A stretch of 64,000 nt of DNA, from NCBI RefSeq assembly GCF_009914755.1, contig NC_060927.1; one strand, written 5' to 3'. The DNA is from the human T2T-CHM13v2.0 reference genome, Homo sapiens. This document shows, piece by piece, positions 43,551 to 60,614 of the stretch. Position numbers and translations under genes: made by a program. Below the pieces are notes generated by a model that was not told where the DNA came from, ran no database searches, and worked only from the letters and a program-made list of their open reading frames with translations. How positions within the stretch are numbered: position 1 is the stretch's first letter; each line of letters begins with the position of its first letter.

Positions 43551-44879
43551 ATTGATGAATTTCTTTGACATGAAGAATATTGTATATGTCACAGCATCCA
43601 GTAAGGATTAACCAAAGCAAGTCATGACTGCATTATACTAATGGAAAAGCATCTCTATAAGGACTTTGTTATAAGGACCCATCAAAGATTGATTCAATAG
43701 CTGTTCATATTTTCATGAATGCATTCCCTGAATATAATGGGAATATTCCTGTATTATAGTCACCCTTATTGCTCGTCTTCAACTGTTTTTAGTATGTTAA
43801 ATATTTCTTTTGTTAAGGAGAGTATACTGATGTTATGTTTCCTAAACTACTTTCTCTAAAGAAGGGAATAAGTAATTAAAGTAACATGATTATCTGAATT
43901 TAATATCACATCAATGAACCCCACTTCAGTTCTCTCAATAGTATCTAGTGTTTTTAAATAATCAATTTACGAGAAACAAAAAATGAATGACAGGATTCAA
44001 ATACGCAAAAACTTAAATGAAACAAGGGAATTCTTCAAGATGTGTTATACACATACTATTTATTCAAATAAATTAGCTTGTGTTAAAAGTAAAATCTTGA
44101 AAATAATAATACGGTGTCAGAGCAAATATTATTAAATTAATTACATAAACCAGCACCATGTTTAACTTAGCAAAATATTAGGTCTAAATTATTTGCCTCC
44201 AGTGACCCCTGAAAAGGGTTTATATTTGTGGTTTGAATATAAGAAACTTAGAAATGCTAATCATTCCATCTGGAAATTAAAATCTTAAACTGCTAGATTA
44301 ATGAGTGTTTTCAATGAACTCTAACATGCAGAATAGTAAAGACAGGAATTTGTTTTGATGAAAATAATTAGAATTTTTTAAAAACATTTTCAATACTGAG
44401 ATTGGATAAATCAAACATGATGCAGTATAATTTAGAAATACATCAATCTTCATTATAAAACAGAATGAAGCTAAATTAATTAAATGATGTTACTAAAAGG
44501 AATTTAATTTTTTTTCACAAGTTTGTAAACTTAAAAATGAAGCAACACCAATATATTGAACTTGTTTTCCTTTAAAAACACATTTCTAAATTTACAGCTT
44601 TCCTACTGCTTAAGATTGATAAGCAGTAAAACATGGGGTGCATTATGTAGAGACTTTTTACCTTTTTTGTAAAATATTACATACTCCAAACTCTTGTATT
44701 AGTCAACCTAACGATTGTTCAGGTTTCATGCAGAACTATGGTCAACTTTCTATATGAGCACAGTGCAAAGCATTTGACTTTCAAAATGTTTTAAACGTTT
44801 GATAACTACTTAAAATCTTAAATGGAATTATCTCCAATATCATGTATGTATTGGAGAACACGAAAAAGACATCTTATTC

Positions 44880-45230
44880 TTTTGTATATAATAAGCTTGG
44901 GACTTGAGGGGTGAATAAGACTTACCTGATCCCTTTGCTTAAAGATCACAGTATATTAGGAAGAAAAAAAGACATATCATCAGGCAATCACTTATAATTG
45001 TGATTAGTGCAATTGAGAAAGAATAAAGTTGCTCCATACTATATAAAACTATAATTGATGATGCCCAACTTAACCTGGGGAATCCCAGGAGGAAGCTCAG
45101 AGTAAAAGAGCAGAAAAAATAAAGGAAAAAGGGATGTCATGGAGAGGGGGAATGTCTCAGGTGGGAAGCATCATGACCTTTCAGGAACTTGAAAGACAGA
45201 CATGTGACTGGGACACAGAAATATGGAAGA
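44880..45230 (-). mobile_element. L2 fragment
   Basis: 'ggtgaataagacttacctgatccctttgctt...taacctggggaatcccaggaggaag'. Confidence 0.5.
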
Positions 45231-45529
45231 GGGGAATAAAAGGAGGAGGTGGGGAAAGGGAACAGAGTTTGGTTCCTTTTTCCATTTTCAGTCACTATCC
45301 TGGTGAGATGCAGGTTACCTTTCCCTTAAGTGCTGTACCCACCTCCTCCAAAATGTTTCTGCTTAAATTCAAACTGCACACAGCTCCCAGAATATGTTTT
45401 TCTTAGGCTTATTGCCATTGTGATAATTTATAGTGAAATATTGTACATTGTAATATACTTAATAATGCACATTGGGAGAATATGTAAGAAGTCATTAGCC
45501 CCGCTTGATCTTGCTTTCGTGTCCTGCCT

Positions 45530-49092
<3,563 letters not shown>

Positions 49093-49510
49093 AGTGTGAT
49101 ACATATACACCATAGAATGCCACAAAGCCATAAAAAAGAATGAAATCATGCCCTTTGTTCCAATATGGATGCACCTGGAGGCCATTATCCTAAGAGAATT
49201 AACACAGGAGCAGAAAACCACATACAGCATGTGTTCTCACTTACAACTGGGAACTAAACTTTGAGAACACATGGAACCAAAGAGGAGAACAACAGACACA
49301 GGAGTTTACTTGAGGTTGTAGGGTAGCAGAAGGGTAAGGATCAAAAAACTACCTGTCAGGTACTATGCTCACTACCCAGGTGATGAAAAAATTGTACACG
49401 AAATCCCAGTGACATGAAATTTACCCATGTGACAAACCTGCACTTCTATCCCCTGCACCTAAAATAAAAGTTGGAAGAAAAAATTTAAAATAAAAATAAA
49501 ATAGAAAAAA
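49093..49510 (+). mobile_element. Second L1 3' end (L1PA15/16-like)
   Basis: 'aaaactacctgtcaggtactatgctcactacc...cctaaaataaaagttggaag' followed by A-rich tail. Confidence 0.85.
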
Positions 49511-49519
49511 AGTAATGTG

Positions 49520-49965
49520 AGAACAACTTAACCATCCATTGAAGAATGAATTGGAAAACAAAATGTGGTATATACATACAATTAAATATTATTTAGACTT
49601 AAAATAGAAGGAAATTCTGACACATGCTAGAACATAGATTAACCTTGAAGACATTATGCTTACTAAAGTAAGCCAGTCACAAAAAGGAAAATATTGTATG
49701 ATTTTACTAACATGAGGTTTCTAGAGTTGTCAAATGCGTAGACACAGTAAGTAGAATGGTAGTTACCAGGGACTAGTGAGGGAGAGATACTGGAGAGTTA
49801 AGCATTTGATTGGTACAGAATTTCAATTGGGGAAGATGAAAAAGTTTTGGATAGATGGTGGTGATGGTTTCAACATTATGAATATATTTAATGTCACAGA
49901 AACATATACTTAAATTGTTTGAAATGTTAACTTTTGTGTTATGTGTATTTTATCACAATAAAAAA
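49520..49965 (+). mobile_element. L1MB 3' end
   Basis: 'gaaggaaattctgacacatgcta...aaccttgaagacattatgct...gatggtggtgatggtt...tatcacaataaaaaaa'. Confidence 0.85.
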
Positions 49966-50149
49966 ATGTGTTTCATTCTGAATATATTTGGAAAGTAGAG
50001 TCCCAATCTGAAGGATTTTATGGGAGTATGAAAAAGAGGTTTGGGGTTAGGGCAAATAAAATTAATAGAGAAGTCAGCAAGAATTGGAGATTTGAGGTGA
50101 AAATCAGATGTTGTGTTGTGAGATTTTGTTGAGATTCAAGTGAAATGAA

Positions 50150-50840
50150 CAACTGGATTGTTGTAATTGATTGCTAACTGCTTTTCCAGCTTCTGCTCTG
50201 GCCTTAAGGTCTAATCTCAAAACAACAAAAGAGCAAACCTTATAAATTTAAGTCAGAATGTTTACATCAATACTGAAAATCTCCACTAGACCCCCCACCT
50301 CATCCACAGTAAAATGCAAAGCTTTAAAGCAGGTCTGCAAGGCTCTGCATGACCTGTCTCCATGTGCCCTCTAACTCTTCACATCACTCACTGCTCTCCA
50401 GTCACACCTGACCTCCTCTAGTTTTTCTTGATTACCCCACATATGGTCTCACCTGAGGACTCTTATACTGGCTGTCTCCTCTGCCTGGAATGTTCCCCCC
50501 GCCCCCCAATCCCCCTGCAGCTATTGGCTTGTCTATACATCCTTCAGATCTTTCTATTTAGCAGTCTTATTAGTGAGGTCTCACCTGACAGAATATACAA
50601 TGAAAAGCCTCCCCTTCCTTGTGCCCGGACCTGCTTTATTTTTTGATCTACTACTTACTACCAGATGGCGTATCATTTATTTACATGTTTATTTACTTAT
50701 TTTCCCTCATAGAGTTTAAGCTCCATAAAGGAAGAGATCTTCTATTTAGTTCACTCACTTATCTCCAATGCATAAAAGAGTATCATATGTGACATCTGAT
50801 AGCTTCTTTATACATTTGTTAAATAAGTAAATGAATGAGC
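50150..50840 (+). mobile_element. L2 3' region
   Basis: 'aggctctgcatgacctg...ctctccagtcacacctg...ctgcctggaatgttc...taagctccataaagg...ttgttaaataagtaaatgaatga'. Confidence 0.8.
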
Positions 50841-51317
50841 TTTTTCTGACCACTCTAGGGATGTTTTCAGAACTGATTGTGTACTGCTCTTAATTTGTAG
50901 TAAAGAACTGGGACTGCTTGCCTATCTACAGTTTTCTTTAATTATTTATTATATCGTCCTAAATATACTGTATTACTGATTTTACACCTAAGATATGAAA
51001 CAAGCAGTAGGTATTTACATTTTCAATTGTCCCATAAATGTAACTTTTTACAGTTTTGTTTGAATCAGGATTTAAACAAGGCCCTCACATTGACATTGCT
51101 TAATAGGAATTTTAAACATTCCCCTGGATTATTTTTTCTTTTTTTTGGAGGTGGGGGGTGTGGTCAGGGGGCTTACAATGTTGTTGTTGTTGTTGTTGAA
51201 GAAACTAGGTCATTTGCTTATTGAGTTTTCCACAGTTTGAATTTCACTGATTTCACCCTCATCGTGATGTTTAAAATGTTGCTCTCTCCCCTGTACTTCC
51301 TATAAATGTGTTTAAAA

Positions 51318-51635
<318 letters not shown>

Positions 51636-51949
51636 TTAAATGTGTTGTTGAGTTGTGACTCAAGGTTTAGACTCAGAGTCTAATTATTATTATTGTTATT
51701 TTTGGCAATACCACTTCAGTGGTGGTTAAGTGTTCTATCAGCCAGCACTCAATATTTGGTTGTCTCACTTTCCAAAATAGGTGTTTTTGTTAATGAAATA
51801 AATCATTACAGATTCAGTTTATGTGTTCTTTTTTTCCCTCCTTTATTCTTTGGCTGTGTTTCCTTTGTTGGGAATATATTCTTCCCATCCAGGTTTTCAT
51901 GCTTTAATAATATAGTTATGCATACATAAATAACCTCTTTTATATCAAC

Positions 51950-53000
51950 ACAATAACATTTATGTTACTATAAATGGTATCATATTTTATATTGGATACT
52001 AAAACTTACTTTTCCCACTGAAAGTTTTTCTCTCAATTATTCAAGTTAAAACATGTTTCTATTTTATCTATTTTAATAGGCATTCAGTATTCCATAATAT
52101 GAATATGTTATGATATATTTGTTTCCCATTGAATTAATGCTACAATATTTTTGTAGGTACCTGTGTATAGATATAGAATTACTCAGTCCTATAGGAGACA
52201 TATTTTAAACTTTACTATATCCTGCCAAATTGTTTCCCAGTTCCTGATAACATTTCAAACACCCATCAGCATTGTTTTCCCAAATGCACAGCAACACTTG
52301 GCATTGTTAGATTTTAAATTTTTGCCAATCTGATATTTGTCAAATCCTTAACATTTTTGTTTTCCTTTGCATTTCCCTACTAATGAGTTGAAGCATCTTG
52401 ATATGTTTGTCGGGTTCAGGGTTCTTTTTCTGTAAGTGATCTGTTCATACTATTTTTATCTGAGTTAATTTTTTAAAAATTAATTTATAGGAGTGCTTCA
52501 TTCATTCTGAAAAACAATCCTCTCAGCTATTGCATTGAAATATGTTTTCCTAGACTTTATCTTGTTCTTTCACTGTGTTTATATTGCCCATTGTCAAAAC
52601 AACATATTATTTATCCCTCAAAATTTGTATTTTCACAGCTAGTTTAAAAAATGCTTACCTTCCTTAAATTCATAAAAAGTCATCTATATTTTTTGTAAAC
52701 ATTTTAAGTTTTTTATTCAAATTTTAATTGTTTTTTTCTATGATGTGGCATATAAATCTTCTTTTAATTTTTTTCCATATAAATAACCAAAATGTCCTCA
52801 AACCAAACATTAAATTTTTTTTCTTTCCCCATTGATGTGTAAAGCCACTTCTGTGGTTTACCAAATTCCCAGATAATGTTGAGTCATGTCTGGGATCTCT
52901 ACTCTATTGCATTCATCTAATTTTCTGTCCATATATACAGGTGCTATTTATAATTTCAGATAAAGAGATCATAATTGTTTTAAATCTAACAAAAGGCTCT
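51950..53000 (-). mobile_element. Old L1ME remnant
   Basis: 'ctgccaaattgtttccc...caacacttggcattgttagattttaaatttttgccaatctgat...tttgcatttccct'. Confidence 0.7.
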
Positions 53001-53979
53001 GCTAAACATTAATGGTTCTCTTACAATCGACTTTCTCTATTTCCAACCATCTACCAATAAACTACTCCAGTTTTAACAGATTACTTCATCCATTTGTGTA
53101 TCCTAGTGTAAATCCTAGCCAACATCCTGGAATTGCTGCAAGCAAACACATTTTATATTCCCTTTCTCTTAGACAAATTCCCCACCTGACATCCTCTTCC
53201 CTCCCTCTCCTCCTGGCCTAGCTGGGCCCCACTTACATATTCATGGTTCACATGAGTCCAACACATGTCACAGTTCACCAACTTTCCTGGGTTATTCACT
53301 TGGTTTTCTTCCCTCATGAACCTTTTTTTTTCCTGTTGCCTTGTGAATTCTGAAGTACGTGTCACGACTGAAGAAACGATGAACATGATATCACAAATCT
53401 GGAAGTACTTATTAAAGGGCATATCTGATAAACATTGATCCTTCTAATTCAAAATTATACAATAGTCAAAAAGAGTGAAGGCAAATTTATCTGTGTAATT
53501 TAAATGCAAAAAGTTTAGCAGAAATGAAAATTACTATAAATATTTCCTTTTTAACTGCTTTTAGATTTATCTGTTGGACCTCCTTTCTAGTCTCTGACAT
53601 TTTTTTGGCCAACTTTGTGCTAATATGTCACCAGTCAAGCCAGCACAACAAGGAAATCCTATTGTTGAAAAAAAAATTAAAGGCTTTAAAATATTGTTGA
53701 TTGAGGAACATAGAAAACATCATTTAAAAGCCTTTTAAATTACCATTTCCTCCCTTGCTGCTAAATTTCCCTTTGTCTCATTTCACGCAGCTGGTCTGAA
53801 TGATGACAGAGTGGTTTGTGATTATGTGGGTGACAGTAGGCACTAGCTGAAATGGACACTAAAGGAAGAATCCAGCATCCTGAATGTATAATTCCTACTA
53901 CGTTTGGCACTGCACCAACTTTACAAACATGCAGCCCTCTTTTCCTCCCTCTCTCTCTCTCTTTTTTTTCTGTAAATCC

Positions 53980-54075
53980 CATGGCCAATGAATGCTGCTA
54001 TGGCAACGAAAGCTGGGGAAAGCCAGGGGGGTCTTGGCTATAAAAAGAGTTTTCAGAACATCATGATAACTGGGA
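53980..54075 (+). promoter_or_regulatory. Candidate Pol II promoter/enhancer: CCAAT (53985), RFX X-box (53994-54007), TATAAAA (54039)
   Basis: Motifs seen in canonical order and spacing in non-repeat sequence; activity is inferred. Confidence 0.45.
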
Positions 54076-55294
54076 GCCCAGTGGCAGACTCTCAGGCAAT
54101 AACATACTGTCACACATCTTGTCTAGAAGCAAACGCTTCTACAAAATTTATTTACCTGTGTTGTCGAATTACTTGCTACTGAATTCTAAGGACTCTTATT
54201 TCTATGATGGTTTTCATTTTCAATTATTGTATGGTTCATTCAAATCACACAGGTACATTTCTACCCGTTATAAGACGCTTCCTAAAATAGACTCTTAGAA
54301 ACTGAGCACAGCTGTCAAAATAATGTTATCATCTTCAAGAATCTGTTTCAAAGATAGTTATTCCAAAGAAATTTAAAAGTTATATTCCTATATTAGCACA
54401 CTAAGTAGTTCATGCCAGTTTAGTAAATCAAATATTCCATACTGCTAGCTTAATAAGATGGGGAGTCATGCATGAAATGACTGCCAGGTTAATGACATAG
54501 GGAGCCATGCATGGCATGTATTTGCATATAATAGCACAGAATGTTCTCCTAAATCCTTTAAATTACTCATCAATTCTTAAACAGGCATTTAACTAAATCC
54601 TCATTCAGAATCAGGAAGTTTTTTAAAAAAAAAAAAAAGAAAGAAACACCTATGTATTTGAAGTGATTAGATGGGAGCTAAACAAAACTTAAGGGATTAT
54701 CTTTGGTTGGAAATTCTAGTCTTGGGAAAGGTTTACAGATCTGCATAAAGAAATAAACACATCTCCAGGGCCAGAGTAGAGGCGAGGGCCAGCAGCAAGC
54801 CAGTTTCCCAGCACTGTTTTTATCATATGCACAGTGAGTGTAGACCAGAAGTTTCACTTTTAGCCTCAGGAAAAAAAGGATGTATCTCTAAAGCAGTGCA
54901 AAAAATATAGATTACATCTAGAATTGTTTCTTATTTCCAGTGTTTTGATGCACCCAATTGTGAATAAAATGAATGGGTTTTCTTTCACTTGGCAATCTAT
55001 ACATTCAGGGTGTTAAGAAAATATGTAACTGTTTATACAAACTAAGCAGACTGCATACAATCAGTACAGTTATAAACCCCACTGTTACTCAGAGAAAATC
55101 AGAAAGTACCCATGTCACACAAAGGCTATTTTCTCTATCTGAAGGTGATGGTTTACAAATAGCTTCATTAATCTCATAAATACTCATTGCAAAATAGGAT
55201 GTATGTACACCTCTAGAAGCAAAGCATGTCCGAAGAACAAAGGGAAAGATAAAAAATGCATATTTAGGTAACTGGTCTTCTCTTCCTCTCACAT

Positions 55295-55515
55295 CTAGTA
55301 ATAATGGCAACTTATCATTGAGCACGTTCTCTACCTCAGTGTGCCAAGTGCATTTTCTGTAGCCCTAACATTGACCTTCAGTGTAGTTATTATCTTCATT
55401 TTACAGACAGGGAAAGTGAGGTTCATAAAGATTAAATAACTAACTCAAATGACAGTCTGAAGCCAGGATTTGAACTCTTTTGCAATTTCAATCCCATTTC
55501 CTTTCCACTAGCTAC
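55295..55515 (-). mobile_element. MIR
   Basis: 'ttcattttacagacagggaaagtgaggttcataaagattaaataacttaactcaa...gccaggatttgaactc'. Confidence 0.85.
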
Positions 55516-56189
55516 ATTTTTTTTTCTCCAAGGCAGAAATAATTAGCAGCAAATAAACTGTTTCTTCAGTGAATAAAGAAAAATAAGCTCAAGGATTTCT
55601 TTAAAAAGAGTGGTCTAGATTTTCTAGGATTCTTATATTGCCATCATGTGCTAATACAGAAGAGATGAATCCCAATACCAGTCACTTCTTATGGCACGGT
55701 TACTCTCTCTGGGAATTTTGGTTGTTTTTAGCTGATTAAGATCATAAGATAAATTGACAATGGGGTGCATTTTATGTTAATTAGTATCTTAAAGCACTTC
55801 TAAAGCATGGTTCCAGAAATATAAAGCGAAAACCTACTCATTGACAAGAGAGGCAGAAAGTGTATATGTAAATATTTACATATGGTCAATGGGTTGACAT
55901 AAGTCTATGAAGCAATGTTTTCTTTCAAGTATAGCCTTTCCTTAAGTGTTCATTATGTCTGATTGGAAAATGAGCTCCTTTCTAGTGAAATGGGTAGCCT
56001 TGCTGTCAGATAAAATAGTAGCCATAGCTATGACACGTGTGTCTCTGATTAAGGTGGGGTTGACAGTCAGCTGTTGAAACATAAATGATTTGCAGAACTT
56101 AATATTCTCCCAATAAACACAACTGTAAATATTTTTTAAGTTGTAAAATGTAGTAACACAAAATTATAAGAAATAGGGTGTTTTCTTTT

Positions 56190-56600
56190 ACTTAAAGTTG
56201 CATAGAAAGAAATGCATTTATAAGTGAAGAAAACATAGGTATCTGATATGAGTCAGATTAAGGAGATACAAAAGTAAATGAAGCATAGATTTTTGCCCTC
56301 CAGGAGCTCATGTCGAATGGAAAAAAAAATAAACACTGGCAAACATTTAATCTTCTAGATTCTGCAATAAATAGAGACATTGGAGCACACAGAGATAAAT
56401 TTAGCCCAGGCAGTAGTAGGTGGTAGGGAGAACAAGGAAGGTTTCCCAGGTGACACCCAAGTTGAAAATGACAGGATACAAACGACTTAGGCAAGTGTGG
56501 GGGAAGGGAGCATAGTGTGTCAATAAAAGAGTTTAGAATACAATCCAGCCAGGAAATCAGGGAATTACATGTAGCTCAGGTATGCCTGGTAGGGCAATGG
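56190..56600 (-). mobile_element. L2 fragment
   Basis: 'ggagatacaaaagtaaatgaagcatagatttttgccctccaggagctca...ggaaggtttcccaggtga'. Confidence 0.75.
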
Positions 56601-56954
56601 TTGTGTCACGACCAGGACAGTGTTCACCTCTAGAAAACTCTGTACTGGCATAAATGCTGAAACTCAGTGCTTAGTTTTGTTAAATGTAGTTACAATGGGC
56701 ATGATTTTCTGATCCAAAAAATTAGGATAAATTAGGAGGAGACATTTTGTAGAGTGGGATAAACAATTGAGATCTGATGTTTTCAAAAAATTTGCATTGC
56801 CTAATTGTTGTAAAAAGAAAGTAAATTTAGGCTGAGTTAGGTAACAAATTACATATAATCTCTGTTTTTGTAAAATCTAGAGATACTTGTTTCTTGTTGG
56901 TTTAACTTTAATGTTTTTCCTTAGACTGCAAATAAACGATATTGGGTTACTTAT

Positions 56955-56955
56955 G

Positions 56956-56987
<32 letters not shown>

Positions 56988-57190
56988 TAACTTTCATTTT
57001 AGGTTCAGGGGTACGTGTGAAGGTTTGTTACATAGGTAAACATGTTTCATGGGGGTTTGTTGTACAGATTATTTCATCACCCAGGTATTAATCCCAGTAC
57101 CCAATAGTTGTCTCTTCTGCTCCTCTAGCTGCTCCCACCCTTCCCTCTCAAGTAGATCCCAGTGTCTGTTGTTTCCTTTGTGTTCATGAG
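56955..57190 (-). mobile_element. L1PA13-like 3' end with (TTTA)n tail
   Basis: 'ggttcaggggtacgtgtgaaggtttgttac...gattatttcatcacccaggtatta'. Confidence 0.88.
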
Positions 57191-57191
57191 A

Positions 57192-58391
<1,200 letters not shown>

Positions 58392-58699
58392 TCATGTATT
58401 AATTTTGGTTACGTAATAACCACCTGGAAAACCTCAACCCCCAAACAGAATTGGTGACCTAGATAATCTACATCTAATTTTACAGTACTCTTCACCAACC
58501 TACTATCCTAAATCAGGCAGCAATTATCCTGACTCTTTTCATCATTCTTCAGCTTTCCTGTTTAGATAGTACTGTTGCTTCTAAAGTTTATATACATAAA
58601 CTTTATGTTTGTGTGTATTTACTCATATATATATTTACTATTTTATATATTTTTACTGTTTATATATTTACTGTAAATATATAGAGTAATTTTAAATTA

Positions 58700-60560
58700 T
58701 TTTTATCGTGATAAAAGGCTAATAAACATCATGTAATTCTTTGAGAATTAACTTTTCATTTAATTATTGTATTACCATACTGCTAAGATTAATTCATAAT
58801 TTTTTGTCACTGTATTTCATTCATTTTGACCATTATATATTATTCCATTGGGTGTGAATATATGAATCTACCACATTTACCCTGTTTATGTGCTTTTCTG
58901 TTTTTCCAGTTTTTGCCATTGTGAACAGTGCCACTGTGAATATTTTACATGTCTTTGGTTAAACATGTGCACAAGTACTAGATTTATTTTGTTTATTTAC
59001 CTAAGGCGTAGAATTACTGAGTCATGGGGTAGGTAAATGTTGTGCTGTGGTAATGCCAGATTGTTTTCTAAATCACTGCATCAATTTATCCTCCAAAAAG
59101 TAGTGTATAATAGGTACTGTGAATCTACAACCGTTCCAACACTTGATATTGTCAGAGTTTACAATTTTTGCCAATTAAATGGGTATAAAAATGTATCCTA
59201 TTGCATTCTTCCTATATATGTCCCTCATCATCAGGGATTGTTACTTTGTGTTTTATTGAACACATAGGTTTTCTCACACATATGTTTGGTGAAATATCTT
59301 GCCCACATTTTCTTGGATTTTTTTGAGTTCTTATTGGCATAAGAATACTTCATGCCTTTTTGATGCCAATTCTTTGACAATAGTGAATATTGTAAATACA
59401 TTTTCCTAGTTTGAAATGTCTTTTCATTTTCTTCAAGCTTTGCTTTTATAACCAAAAGTTTTTACTTGGAAAAGTTGCAGTTATTAATTCTTCCTTTTAT
59501 GGTCAATTTTTTTCCGTTTTATTTTATAAATATTTCCCTACCTTAAAGTTTAGGAGAAATCATCTATATTTTTCTATCAAGGATTAAAAGTATGAAATTG
59601 ATTTTTGTATATCATGAGAGGTAGGAATTCAGTTTTTTCATGTGTATACTGTTTTCCCAGCTTTATTTATTGAAGTTCTTCCTTACCCACTTTTCAGATG
59701 CAATACACCTCTCGTGTATGAGTTCCACACATGTGTGGGTCAACCTCTGAGCTCTATGTTATTCTGTTAGTCTAACTGTCTATCTCTGCAATAGTATCAC
59801 ACTATCTTAATCACCATAGCTTTATCAAAAGTCCTGTTATCTAAATAATAAGTCCCCCCTTCATGCATATGCTCTCAGAATTCTTCTGGCAATTTTTCCC
59901 TTTAATCTTCTATATAAATATTATAAATGGGTTATCAAGTTTCTTTTTTTTAGATTTTAACATGATTTGCCTTAAATCTGTGCATCAATTTGAGAAAAAC
60001 TAACATTTTTAAGATATAAAGATATAGTCATGGTATATCTCCCCATTTATTTAAGTATTTCATATTTTTTAATACAGTTTTGTAATTTTACTATGGAGGT
60101 CTTAACATCATTTGTTAAGTTTATTTCTATATACTTATTATTGTTCCTTGGTTTTATCTTTATCTTTGCCCTTGATGTTCTTTGGTGAACCAAAAAGCCT
60201 TAATTTGACATAATCAAGGTAATTAATTTTTCACCTTTCTCCTTTTGGGTTTTTGTTAAAGTGTTTTACGACTCTAGATTGCACGGATACTTTTCTACAT
60301 TATATTCCATTCTCTTTGTAGTTTTATGTTTCTTATCAGTCTTTAATCTAGTTGTAGTACACTTTTTCTATATTGTTAACTAGAAATTCAGTTTTGTTTT
60401 TTCTTCACATAATGATCTAGTAAAAATAGTTCATATTTCCTGCATGGATTTGTGATGACACTTTAATCACATATTAAATTTCTGTTTATAGAACAAAATA
60501 GTGACATTGATTTATTTAATTTTTCTTTCTTAAGTTTTTATATCTACTTTCTTATTGACT
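58700..60560 (-). mobile_element. Old L1ME remnants
   Basis: 'ttccagtttttgccattgtgaacagtgcc...taatgccagattgttttc...tcccagctttatttattgaag'. Confidence 0.7.
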
Positions 60561-60614
60561 GCAAGATATAAGTGATTGACAAGAATCAAAATATACATTT
60601 AAAAAATGTTCAAG

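Noticed and set aside
44915-44935. Perfect minus-strand donor CAG|GTAAGT
   Set aside because: Lies in an L2 remnant with no convincing acceptor nearby; an isolated motif is uninformative.
53800-53883. Possible C/D box snoRNA (ATGATGA at 53800; CTGA at 53847 and 53880)
   Set aside because: No terminal stem, no clear C' box, and no recognisable rRNA/snRNA guide.
58620-58690. AT-rich degenerate tandem repeat with a small hairpin (tatatttac-t-gtaaatata)
   Set aside because: Expected by chance in (TA)-rich low-complexity DNA.
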